Of a DNA stretch of 64,000 nucleotides, positions 1-8,923 are shown piece after piece (within the stretch, counting starts at the first letter, position 1; every line of letters begins with the position of its first letter). This DNA comes from Bacillales bacterium UBA7057 (lineage in GTDB: Bacteria > Bacillota_I > Bacilli_A > RF39 > UBA660). The translations under genes and the position numbers were made by a program. The notes beneath the pieces are model-generated. The model had not been told where the DNA came from, ran no database searches, and saw only the letters and a list, made by a program, of their open reading frames with translations. The DNA is taken from contig DLAC01000010.1 of the NCBI GenBank assembly GCA_002493865.1, forward strand, positions 31,017 to 95,016, in the 5' to 3' direction.

Positions 1-352
1 TTCGAACACTAGAGTCTCTTTTTTCACGTAATACAAGTGCTTTATATACTAAAATCTTAAGTTCTTCTTTTTTTACACGAATTCCAAGTTCCTCTGATAA
101 TTCGCGTAATGCTGCGTCTTCTAAAGTTTCTGATACATCTACATGCCCAGCACAAGAAGAAGCCCAGCAATTCGGATGACTCTTTTTATTTGCAGATCTT
201 TTTTGTAATAATAATTGGTTCTTGTCATTGATAACAAAAACCACAATCTCATTATGCAATAAATTCTTGTCATGGATTTCTCCTCGTGGTAAAATCACCC
301 CTGTTGGTACCCCATCTTCTGTTACAACTTCTAATAATTCCTTCTCTTCCAT
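1..352 (-). CDS. Nudix hydrolase (partial; 3' end beyond window start)
   Basis: Minus-strand ORF starting at 352 (MEEKELLEVV...). Nudix box GHVDVSETLEDAALRELSEELGI (GX5EX7REUXEEXGU) is read in the reverse-complement translation. Not in the ORF track because it is truncated at the window edge. Confidence 0.7.
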   Translation of the reverse strand, partial: MEEKELLEVVTEDGVPTGVILPRGEIHDKNLLHNEIVVFVINDKNQLLLQKRSANKKSHPNCWASSCAGHVDVSETLEDAALRELSEELGIRVKKEELKILVYKALVLREKRDSSVR

Positions 353-495
353 ACTTTTACCTCGTAATTTTATTGTAACATAAGCAAGTATATAATCCCA
401 ATCATTTATTTTGACACTATTTTTAAAATACGATGCAGTTATTGATGAGTAAAATGTATTAAATACAACAAAAAATATAAAAAAAGTAATGAAGA

Positions 496-705
496 TTACT
501 GTATTGATCTTTTTCCTATACTTTTTTGTCGTGGTTTTTCTTGAATTTCTCCATTTGAATTTTCAGGTATCGTTAATAACTGTAAAGCAAGTTTTTTACG
601 TAATGACTCAGAACCAACATCTATTCTACCACCGTAAGGGCGAATTTCATCCTTTGCTAATATCGTTATTTTTTCTATTCTGCGATTCGGCATCTCTCTT
701 TTCAT
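496..705 (-). CDS. small hypothetical protein (69 aa)
   Basis: Strong RBS (GGAGGAG) 7 nt upstream of the ATG on the minus strand. Its composition is protein-like, whereas the overlapping + ORF 489..722 is F/L-rich junk. Confidence 0.45.
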   Translation of the reverse strand: MKREMPNRRIEKITILAKDEIRPYGGRIDVGSESLRKKLALQLLTIPENSNGEIQEKPRQKSIGKRSIQ

Positions 706-903
706 ATTTTTTCTCCTCCTAAGTCAATGTATTAATATTACTTTAACATACTTTAACCAAGTTTGAAACATTTATTAACAGCAAAGTTAAATTATCCTCA
801 TTCCCATTGATTTTTTCCCTCCTAGCAAAATAAAAAAGTTCATAATATTAAGTATTACGAACTTTTACTGACTCTCGCACAAAGGTGTGCGTAAAATTCT
901 ATA

Positions 904-980
904 TGGGGCGAAATATGGGGATCGAACCCATGCATACCGGAGCCACAATCCGGCGTGTTAACCACTTCACCAATTCCGCC
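904..980 (-). tRNA. tRNA-His (anticodon GUG)
   Basis: Minus-strand cloverleaf GGCGGAAUUGG...CCGGAUUGUGGCUCCGG...UUCGAUCC...UUUCGCC-C-CCA. The anticodon loop UUGUGGC gives GUG. The extra 5' G(-1) pairing with discriminator C73 is typical of tRNA-His. CCA is encoded. Confidence 0.85.
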
Positions 981-1136
981 ATATCAAAAATACATTCTTA
1001 TTTTATCAACAAATTAGCATTTTGACAAGAGATTTTATTGATTTCTATTAAAAATTATGTGTGAAAGATAAAATCTAGGCAATTACCCAAACTCATCTAG
1101 TTAAATATCATAGATTATTAACAAAGGAGATAGAAC

Positions 1137-1568
1137 ATGAATAATAATTTTAGTTATGATTCCTATAGATATCCAAATATGCCAATGTTAAATCAAAATC
1201 AAGTACTTCCAGTTCCAAACAATGATTTGGCAGAACCATATCAAGGATTTCTACAGGGAAACTTATTTAATAACATCTTTCAAGGGTACAAAAATTATCG
1301 TCCAGCGAAAATTGTACCAAATAATGAGCAAGCAGAACTTTTACTAAATGTAGATCAATTATCTTTTGCGGCTCATGAATTAAATTTATACTTGGATGTA
1401 CATCCAACGGATCAACCAATGATTCAGCTTTTTAACAAATATCAAGCAATGGCACAAGATGCAATTCAAAAATATGAAAGCAAATACGGGCCTCTTTCCG
1501 TATCATTCCCATCAGAAGCAAATCATTTTAGTTGGGAAGCCTATGCTTGGCCATGGGAGGTAGACTAA
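1137..1568 (+). CDS. cotJB: spore coat protein CotJB family, possible CotJA-CotJB fusion
   Basis: C-terminal half matches CotJB (HELNLYLDVHPTD...YGPL...WPWE). The N-terminal ~60 aa has CotJA-like LAEPY...GNLF residues. The gene sits immediately upstream of cotJC with a 1-nt gap. Confidence 0.6.
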   Translation: MNNNFSYDSYRYPNMPMLNQNQVLPVPNNDLAEPYQGFLQGNLFNNIFQGYKNYRPAKIVPNNEQAELLLNVDQLSFAAHELNLYLDVHPTDQPMIQLFNKYQAMAQDAIQKYESKYGPLSVSFPSEANHFSWEAYAWPWEVD

Positions 1569-1569
1569 A

Positions 1570-2136
1570 ATGTGGAAATATGAGAAAAGATTACAATATC
1601 CTGTATCTATTAAGAAAAAAAATCTAGCATTCGCAAAACAGTTAGTAACTCAATACGGTGGTTTTGCAGGAGAACTTGGCGCAGCCCTACGTTATCTAAA
1701 TCAGCGCTATACAATGCCAGATAATCGTGGAAAAGCATTATTAACGGACATCGGCACGGAGGAACTAGCCCATGTAGAAATTTTATCAACAATGTTATAT
1801 CAGTTGATGAAAGATGCAACTCCAGAAGAAATGAAAGCAGCAGGACTTGCAAGTCACTATGCAGAACATAGAAATGCTGTCTATCCATTAGATGCAAGTG
1901 GAGTACCATTTACGGTAACCTATTTTGCAACAACTGGGGATCCTTTAGCAGATTTAAGTGAAGATATGGCAGCAGAAGAAAAAGCAAGAGCCGTATATGA
2001 AAGCTTAATTGACTTAACAGATGATCCTGATATCATTGGACCATTACTCTGGTTAAGACAAAGAGAAATTGTGCACTTTGAGCGCTTTAAAGAACTTTAT
2101 AATGAATATAAAAATAAGCAAATACAACCAAGATAA
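1570..2136 (+). CDS. cotJC: spore coat protein CotJC (manganese catalase family)
   Basis: 188 aa with Mn-catalase/ferritin-like di-metal motifs (GTEELAHVEILS, ...EEKAR...). It pairs with the cotJB-like gene. Confidence 0.85.
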   Translation: MWKYEKRLQYPVSIKKKNLAFAKQLVTQYGGFAGELGAALRYLNQRYTMPDNRGKALLTDIGTEELAHVEILSTMLYQLMKDATPEEMKAAGLASHYAEHRNAVYPLDASGVPFTVTYFATTGDPLADLSEDMAAEEKARAVYESLIDLTDDPDIIGPLLWLRQREIVHFERFKELYNEYKNKQIQPR

Positions 2137-2165
2137 AAAGACACTGTAGAAATATTTACTAAAAA

Positions 2166-2184
2166 AGACCTCAAGGTCTTTTTT
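2166..2184. terminator. bidirectional rho-independent terminator
   Basis: Hairpin AGACC-tcaa-GGTCT flanked by an A-run and a T-run, between the convergent cotJC (+) and the 714-aa gene (-). Confidence 0.6.
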
Positions 2185-2255
2185 AAATTCTCAAAATCTC
2201 TCTTTTTCAGTAGTTTCATTATCATATACTTTAATAAAAAGTATATGAAATATCA

Positions 2256-4400
2256 TTACATAGAGCCTAACTTATACTGCTTTTCTTCTTGGCTTTCTTC
2301 TGATGATGTACTAGATATTTTTTGTAGTTTTGATAAGCAGTCAAGAAACTCTTTCAATTCATTTAAAAACTCTGAATTTTCTTCTGTCATATTTTCTTGC
2401 AGATACTTTTGACATCCTTCGAAATCATCTTTTTCAATGAAGTCTTTTATTTGTTGTAATTGTTCTAGTATGATTGGTGGTTTTTCTAATGGCTTTTCTC
2501 CTTTCATACTTGTAGTAGATCCTTTTTGTAGATTTACCATGATTGTTAGTACTTTATTAATTAGGACAATTTGATCCTTATATGAGAACTCTTTCGTTTC
2601 TACTCTCCATTCATCGCTATACATGATTTGACGTGCAGTGTGATAGTCACCTAAATTCATCATATCTTCAAATTGACAGATGATATTGTTTTTGTCCGTT
2701 GTTACTTTACAGAAGTCGCCTTTGTTATTAGAATTGGAAACTGTCTCTAGTGTATCTAGAACATCTAATACATACATATCATACTGACTTGATTTCGTAG
2801 AAAACTTAATTTTTTCTTGATAAAGTTCCTTTAGAACGGTTAAATCCTCTACAGTAAGTTCTTTTTTATGAGTATATTTTTTAATCCTTTTATATAAAAG
2901 AATACTATTTAATAATTGTATATAGGTTTCAATGTCATTTGACTTTTTGAGCTTTAAAGCGTAAATGTAAGCAGTTTCAAAATCTTCTTTCTTCAATGCT
3001 TCAAAAAAGTAGGCAAATGGATTATCTTCACGATTACGATAGTAGATACTAGGTTGAGGATTCATAATCTTAGTCTTATCCAATTCTAGATTGTCTAGTA
3101 TATTTAGCATTCTTAGGATATCTTGAAAGTAACTATTATCTTTTTTGTCATTTACTGGCAGATTTGCTTCTAATAGTTTTTTTGCGTCTGTATACCTTTT
3201 TTTAGAAATTAAATCTTGAATATTTGATCTACTTAAATTTTTGTATTCTGGTCCTTTCTTTTCTTCCACTAGATTTTGTATATCAAATGCAGGTATTACA
3301 AAGTCTAAATCTGCATTCTTTATATGGGCTTCTTGTTTTTTTACAACTTCACTGACTAAGTAGAAATATATTTCTGTTTGTATTCTAGCGGATTTATTCT
3401 TTTCTTTTTCTATTTCCATTTCTTTTTGAATATATTTTCTCGCACTTGTGAAGTCCTTACTTAAGACTGCATCTTTAAACTTTTGTAAGAACTCATAATC
3501 ATATTCTTTGCTTGGTGTGAATATAGGCATAAGAACTATACTATTATTGTCTTCTAGAAAACTAAAATCATAATCTTCTTCTTGTAGAATTTCCTTTAAT
3601 AAAATAAAAAATAATGCATAGTGATTTTTCACTTTAGAATCTATCACCTTATATAGTTCATGATAGGCTGCTTTAAAATCTTTTTCTCTTAATCTTATAT
3701 AAAATTGATTAAAATACTTCTTTTTTTCATTTGCCATAGTTACTTTCTTTTTTTCACATATTTCGTTTGTTAGTATGAGGAATAGGCGAGTACTAATTTG
3801 TGTTTCCATGCGACCATGCTTTTTTCTTCTTATTTCATATTCATTAATATAATTACTCGCTTGCTCAAAATCATCACTTAAAACAGAGTGTTTAAAATTT
3901 TTAAATGTTTCCATAATAGAACCTGATTCATAACTATCTGTTGTGATATGAATGTTCCCATTTTCTAACATACTAAAGTCATAGCTGGCTTCTCCTAAAA
4001 TTCCTTTTAACAGCCTAAGATATAAATAATAGTGATCATCATATTCATGATTGACTCTTGTATTTATGGTATCACATAGATATTGATAAGCTTTTTTATA
4101 ATTCTTTTCTAGTACACTGCATTTAAATAGATTGAAATTTGTACGATGGATTTTAATTTTGTTGTTTTTTTCCTCTACCTCTTGTTTTTCAATTACTTTA
4201 GGAACTAGGTAATGCCCTTTTTTTACTCTTTCAATCATTTGTTGTTCTTCTAACTTTCCAATTTGATATTTACTAAATCCTAATTCTTTTAATTCTTTTG
4301 TCGTGATTTCCCTTTTGTTTTCTTGAATTAAAATGTCAATTAACTGTGTAAAATCTTTGGGTTCTTTTTTTGAAAAAATTTCAGCTTTTAATAAACTCAT
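2256..4400 (-). CDS. large helical repeat protein with HTH-like N-terminus (714 aa), function unknown
   Basis: Long ORF with four ~160-aa internal repeats. Each repeat carries a recurring (K/D)DF-x2-A-x2-Y motif (KDFKAAYHELYK, KEDFETAYIYALK, DDFEGCQKYLQE, KDFTSARKYIQKE). The N-terminus TTKELKELGFSKYQIGKLEEQQ is HTH-like. Confidence 0.6.
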   Translation of the reverse strand: MSLLKAEIFSKKEPKDFTQLIDILIQENKREITTKELKELGFSKYQIGKLEEQQMIERVKKGHYLVPKVIEKQEVEEKNNKIKIHRTNFNLFKCSVLEKNYKKAYQYLCDTINTRVNHEYDDHYYLYLRLLKGILGEASYDFSMLENGNIHITTDSYESGSIMETFKNFKHSVLSDDFEQASNYINEYEIRRKKHGRMETQISTRLFLILTNEICEKKKVTMANEKKKYFNQFYIRLREKDFKAAYHELYKVIDSKVKNHYALFFILLKEILQEEDYDFSFLEDNNSIVLMPIFTPSKEYDYEFLQKFKDAVLSKDFTSARKYIQKEMEIEKEKNKSARIQTEIYFYLVSEVVKKQEAHIKNADLDFVIPAFDIQNLVEEKKGPEYKNLSRSNIQDLISKKRYTDAKKLLEANLPVNDKKDNSYFQDILRMLNILDNLELDKTKIMNPQPSIYYRNREDNPFAYFFEALKKEDFETAYIYALKLKKSNDIETYIQLLNSILLYKRIKKYTHKKELTVEDLTVLKELYQEKIKFSTKSSQYDMYVLDVLDTLETVSNSNNKGDFCKVTTDKNNIICQFEDMMNLGDYHTARQIMYSDEWRVETKEFSYKDQIVLINKVLTIMVNLQKGSTTSMKGEKPLEKPPIILEQLQQIKDFIEKDDFEGCQKYLQENMTEENSEFLNELKEFLDCLSKLQKISSTSSEESQEEKQYKLGSM

Positions 4401-4520
4401 TTTTGTAATCTCCTTTTCTCATTATCATAGCATTAATTGATAGATTATTCTATAAAAATATTTATTTTCTGATGTTCATCTTCAAAGAAAGATTGTATAA
4501 TTAAAAAAAGGAGGAGTTAT

Positions 4521-4925
4521 ATGAAAGAGACTTATGATTTTTTAAAAAACAGAACGCAAGTAAATTACGTTGCGACAATGAATGGGGATGTTCCAAGTAA
4601 TTGACCTTTTGGAGATCCAGTATTATTTGATAATAAAATTTATGTCATTACAAATAAAAAGAAAAATGTATCAAAGCAATTGGGTATGAATAATCATGCT
4701 TGTATTGTAGCCTGTGATGGAGAAGAGTGGATTCGTATTGATTGTCAATTAATAGATGATAGTGATAATGTAGATGCAAAAAAAGCAATGATGGAAGAAT
4801 TTGATTGGATGGAGGAAGCAGGTTATACATTAGATAACCCGGATTTCCAAGTATTATATATTGCGAATGCAAAGTCGACCATTGCTGATAGTGATGGAAA
4901 TATTAAAGCTACTTATGAATTTTAA
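4521..4925 (+). pseudogene. pyridoxamine 5'-phosphate oxidase (PPOX/FMN-binding split-barrel) family gene interrupted by an in-frame TGA
   Basis: ATG at 4521 (MKETYDFLKNRTQVNYVATMNGDVPSN) continues in the same frame after TGA at 4602-4604 into ORF 4680..4925 (PFGDPVLFDNKIYVITNK...). The stop sits where PPOX-family proteins carry a conserved Arg (RPxG), consistent with CGA->TGA. Confidence 0.55.
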
Positions 4926-4950
4926 AAATGACATTCATTCTAAACAAAAA

Positions 4951-4976
4951 AGTCAGTTGAACGTTCTGACTTTTTA
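4951..4976. terminator. bidirectional rho-independent terminator
   Basis: AGTCAG-ttgaacgtt-CTGACT followed by TTTTT, between the PPOX-like gene (+) and the amidohydrolase gene (-). Confidence 0.6.
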
Positions 4977-6269
4977 TTTGGCTTCTTTTTCCATTAGACG
5001 ATCTATAATTTTGTGTATGTTTTCTTTTAGTTTTTCTTCATCTACTTCAATGGTTAATTTGTGGTTTTCCATTAAAACCTTTCCATTGATGATGGTAGTA
5101 TCTACATTATTACTTTCTACATTGTGAACTACTTGAGTAATTAAATCAACGGTAGGATAGATTTCTGTATTATTTAAATCTAAAATAATCATATCTGCTT
5201 TTTTTCCCTTTTCAATTGAACCAATTTTATTTTCTAGATTTAATGCTTTTGCTCCATTGATAGTAGCCATTTTTAGTACGTCATAGGAACCCATTACTGT
5301 TGGATCTTGATATTTTGCTTTTTGTAATTGATCAACAACAGACATATGATAAAACATATTTAGATTGTTTCCACTGCCTTGACCATCCGTTCCAAGACAT
5401 AGATTGATTCCATTCTTTTTATATTGTACCAAATCGGCAATTCCACATCCTAAATTTAGATTACTAACGGGATTGGTTGCGATAGATACATCATGGGATG
5501 CAAGAATTCTTTGATCTTCTTCACTAATAAAAGTACCATGGGCTAGAATTAATTTGTGATTTAAGTATCCTAAATCTTTTAAAGCCTGTGCTGGGGATGT
5601 TTGATACTCTTTAATAATTCCTTCCACTTCAGATTGATTTTCTGAATAATGCATATGAATGGGTAAATGGAATTCTGTTGCTATTTTTTCATATTCTAGT
5701 AAATCTTCCTTACTACAGGTATACATGGAGTGGGGTGTGACTGTGAAAGTTAAGAGGTCTTTTCCTTGATTTTCTTTTATTAATGATTTAAATTCCTCTA
5801 TTCTTTTTTTTGAGTCCGAATCCTTTCCAGTTAAACACCTGGAAAAAACACTACGGACTTTTGTTTCTTCAATTGCCTTTAGGCTTCCACCTACTCCAAA
5901 ATACATATCATTTGAGGTCGTAGTCCCTGTTTTAATCATTTCGATACATGAGAGTAGAGTCGTATAATAGACATCTTCATCGGTCATATGATTTTCAATC
6001 GGCCATATTTTATGATTCAGCCAATCTTGTAAGTTTAAATTATCATTGGTTGCTCTAAAAATACTCATTCCTAAATGTGTATGACAATTAATTAATCCTG
6101 GGAGAATAATTTTATTTGTAGCGTCAATGATTTTGTCATAAGGTCCTTGATAATTTTCTGTTAGTTCTGTAATTTCACCTTCTGTAATTACAATATCTAG
6201 TTTTTCATATTTTTTTTCTCTTTTGTCATCCATTGTAATGACTGTTCCATTTTTTATAACTTGAATCAT
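4974..6269 (-). CDS. amidohydrolase family protein (MtaD/SsnA-like chlorohydrolase/deaminase)
   Basis: 431 aa with metal-binding HTHLGMS and HxH-type motifs (PIHMHYSE, LAHGTF, TDGQGSGN). Confidence 0.8.
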   Translation of the reverse strand: MIQVIKNGTVITMDDKREKKYEKLDIVITEGEITELTENYQGPYDKIIDATNKIILPGLINCHTHLGMSIFRATNDNLNLQDWLNHKIWPIENHMTDEDVYYTTLLSCIEMIKTGTTTSNDMYFGVGGSLKAIEETKVRSVFSRCLTGKDSDSKKRIEEFKSLIKENQGKDLLTFTVTPHSMYTCSKEDLLEYEKIATEFHLPIHMHYSENQSEVEGIIKEYQTSPAQALKDLGYLNHKLILAHGTFISEEDQRILASHDVSIATNPVSNLNLGCGIADLVQYKKNGINLCLGTDGQGSGNNLNMFYHMSVVDQLQKAKYQDPTVMGSYDVLKMATINGAKALNLENKIGSIEKGKKADMIILDLNNTEIYPTVDLITQVVHNVESNNVDTTIINGKVLMENHKLTIEVDEEKLKENIHKIIDRLMEKEAK

Positions 6270-6386
6270 TTGTGCCTCCTATTTCTATTTCATACTCATT
6301 ATAACCTATTTTTAAAACTTTTTTCACTTTTTTTGTACCGACTCTTCATTTTTGTAAATAATGATAGTTAGAACAGGAGGAATTTT

Positions 6387-8849
6387 ATGAGACATGTAAA
6401 ATTTATTTTATTATTAGCAGTATTTACGATTTTTCTATCAGGAAGTCGTGTGTATGCGAAAAGTGATTCGTTTTATGAAGGTGAGGCAGTTACTGGTGCA
6501 TATTTAAAGAAGTTTAAGCCGGGAGCAACCACAGGGAAATATGAACAGATGAGAATTTTTAGAAGAAGTAGTGACCATCAGGCAGCCTACTGTATTGAAA
6601 TATGGGAAACACTTGCTTCTAATCAAGCAATGGTTGGTTATGAAGACAATTATTTACTTCATACCAATCTAACGGAAGATGTTTGGGAAAGAATTCAATT
6701 AATTTCTTATTATGGGTATGAGTATAAAAATCATACAACCGATAATTGGTATGCTGCGAGTCAGTATTTAATTTGGAAAGCAATAGAACCAAATAGTACA
6801 ATTTATTTTACGGATACCCTTAATGGAAATCAGGTTTCAAAATTTGAAGCAGAAATCACTGAGATTGAAAGTTTAATTTCTAGGCACTATGTACTTCCAT
6901 CTTTTGCAGGCCAAAAATTTGTAGTGAATCCTTGGATAGAAAATTACTTGGTAGATGAAAATGGAGTTTTATCCGATTATGAAGTTACATCGGATTTTAC
7001 TTCTGTATCTTATCGAAAGAATGAATCTACACTTCATTTCAAAATAGATAAAGATTTAATCAAGGTAAAGTTTCGATTGACTAAGGAGGATACAACTAGG
7101 AAAACTTCTCTTTATATTAGTCCCAATGGTCAAGATTTAATTGTACGTGGTAATTACCCTAAGATTATGACAGATGTTGATGTAGAAGTCGGAATGGGAA
7201 ATGTTGTGTTTCAAAAAGTAGATAAAGATACTGGGGAATCCAATCCACAAGGAGAAGCATCTTTTACAGGAACTACTTATGAACTCTATGATCAAAATTA
7301 TCAACTTGTAACAACCTTTGAATTTGAGGATGATGATTTTGTATTTTCTACTGTCCTTCCTTATGGTACTTATTATGTACGGGAGATAAAAAGCGGACCA
7401 GGATATCAAGTGGATCCCACTGAATATACAGTTGCTGTAGGTGATAAGACGGTCGTATTTGTTTTACCGGATAAAGTTTATGAGGGAACTGTAAAGATTC
7501 AAAAGTTTTATGAGATTGGTTCTATATTAAAAGAAGAAGAAAATGCATCCTTTGAAGTTTATAATTCTAAAGATGAGTTAGTCGGAACCTATACTACTGA
7601 TAAGCTTGGAAAAATAGAAGTGACTTTTCCTTATGGAACGTATCGTTTTCATCAGGTAGGTGGAAGAGAAAATTATAATTTTATTGATGATTTTTCTGTT
7701 ACGATTGATGATAGGGAAAATCAGGAGTATCAATTTACTTTTAAAAATACTCCAATTCATCGTTATGTAAAGGTCATAAAAAAAGATGCTGAAACGAAAA
7801 AAGAAATTGTAATTGGAAATGCCTCTTTTCGAATTAAAAATTTAGATACAGGAGATTATGTTAGACAAAAGTTATCTTACCCAAATGGAGAAATAGTAGA
7901 TATCTTTCAAACCAGCAATCATGGCTTTTTTATGATGCCAGAAGCATTACCTGCTGGAAATTATCAGCTAGAAGAGGTAGAAAGTCCAGATGGGTATTAC
8001 AAATTAGAAAAGCCAATACTTTTTCAGATTACGGAAGATTCTCCTACCATTGATATTCCAGGATATGGATTAACCATTTTACTAGAAGTAGAAAACGTGC
8101 CAAAAACTGGTACAGTAGCGATTCAAAAACTAGGAGAAGTATTTGAATTTTTAGACGAACAGATTCATTATGAATATCAGCCACTAGAAAATATTATGTT
8201 TTCTATTTATGCAGAAGAAGATATTATTTCCGGGGATGGAAGCATTCTTTATTCTAAGGGTGAATTGATTGAAGAAGCAAAGACAAATTCAGAAGGAAAG
8301 ATTATTTTTTCTTTACCAATTGGAAAGTATTCAGTGATTGAAAAGACATTTTTAGAAGGATATCTTCAGAATGAAAAAACATACGATGTTGAAATTACCT
8401 CTGATGATTTAGAGGAAACCTTAATTGTTTATAATTATCTAAAGAAGGGAAGTCTAGTCATTCATAAAAAAGACGCGTCGACTGGGGAAGCAATTAAAGA
8501 TACATACTTTTCAGTTTTTACTAAAGATGGAAAACTAGTGGCAACCATTGTAACTGATGAAAATGGAATTGCCGTTTTAAACTCTATTCCACTTGGTGAA
8601 TATTATTTAGAAGAGACGAAAAGTAATTTCAATTATATAAAGGATTCTATCAAAAAAACATTTACAATCAACGAAACTGGTGAAATCATTACATTAGATT
8701 TATTGAATGAACCAATTTTACCACCTAAAACATCCGTGGATGAGGGAGAAGTAAAAACGGTTTTATGTGGGGAACTCTTTTTTGAAATTGTATTTGGGTT
8801 TGTAATAGTTTGTCTAAAACCATACTTTCATTCTAAAAAAATGGATTAG
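6387..8849 (+). CDS. cell-surface adhesin: N-terminal thioester (TIE-type) domain plus Cna-B/SpaA-type repeats and a C-terminal sorting-signal-like tail
   Basis: Signal peptide present. The Cys motif AYCIE (Cys codon 6591-6593) and Gln motif SQYLIW resemble thioester-domain YCxE/TQxxIW motifs. There are at least five repeats of the GTY(Y/R)xxE...GY type. C-terminus is ...LPPKTS + hydrophobic stretch + KPYFHSKK. Confidence 0.65.
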   Translation: MRHVKFILLLAVFTIFLSGSRVYAKSDSFYEGEAVTGAYLKKFKPGATTGKYEQMRIFRRSSDHQAAYCIEIWETLASNQAMVGYEDNYLLHTNLTEDVWERIQLISYYGYEYKNHTTDNWYAASQYLIWKAIEPNSTIYFTDTLNGNQVSKFEAEITEIESLISRHYVLPSFAGQKFVVNPWIENYLVDENGVLSDYEVTSDFTSVSYRKNESTLHFKIDKDLIKVKFRLTKEDTTRKTSLYISPNGQDLIVRGNYPKIMTDVDVEVGMGNVVFQKVDKDTGESNPQGEASFTGTTYELYDQNYQLVTTFEFEDDDFVFSTVLPYGTYYVREIKSGPGYQVDPTEYTVAVGDKTVVFVLPDKVYEGTVKIQKFYEIGSILKEEENASFEVYNSKDELVGTYTTDKLGKIEVTFPYGTYRFHQVGGRENYNFIDDFSVTIDDRENQEYQFTFKNTPIHRYVKVIKKDAETKKEIVIGNASFRIKNLDTGDYVRQKLSYPNGEIVDIFQTSNHGFFMMPEALPAGNYQLEEVESPDGYYKLEKPILFQITEDSPTIDIPGYGLTILLEVENVPKTGTVAIQKLGEVFEFLDEQIHYEYQPLENIMFSIYAEEDIISGDGSILYSKGELIEEAKTNSEGKIIFSLPIGKYSVIEKTFLEGYLQNEKTYDVEITSDDLEETLIVYNYLKKGSLVIHKKDASTGEAIKDTYFSVFTKDGKLVATIVTDENGIAVLNSIPLGEYYLEETKSNFNYIKDSIKKTFTINETGEIITLDLLNEPILPPKTSVDEGEVKTVLCGELFFEIVFGFVIVCLKPYFHSKKMD

Positions 8850-8923
8850 GCAAATTATGGGAATTTACTCGCTTTTCTTTACTTTCTCTTTTACTTTATA
8901 TATAATGAAAATAAGGTGATAGC

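Noticed and set aside
489-722. 77-aa + strand ORF
   Set aside because: F/L/V-rich low-complexity translation of AT-rich DNA. It is antisense to a better ORF (496..705 -) that has a strong RBS.
1021-1136. SigE/SigK-type sporulation promoter upstream of cotJ
   Set aside because: CATA-like elements are present (catagatta), but spacing to any -35 candidate does not fit the consensus convincingly, so it is not called.
1610-1909. 99-aa minus-strand ORF inside cotJC
   Set aside because: Lies entirely antisense within a well-supported conserved gene, and no RBS is present.
4602-4604. TGA read as Trp (Mollicutes-type code) or as Sec
   Set aside because: Many neighbouring genes clearly terminate at TGA. 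The organism has cot/spo/sig genes typical of spore-forming Firmicutes, and there is no SECIS-like hairpin. A nonsense mutation or sequencing error is more likely.
4648-5127. ORFs 4648..4872 (-) and 4861..5127 (+)
   Set aside because: They overlap or lie antisense to the PPOX-like gene and the amidohydrolase 3' end, with junk-like composition.
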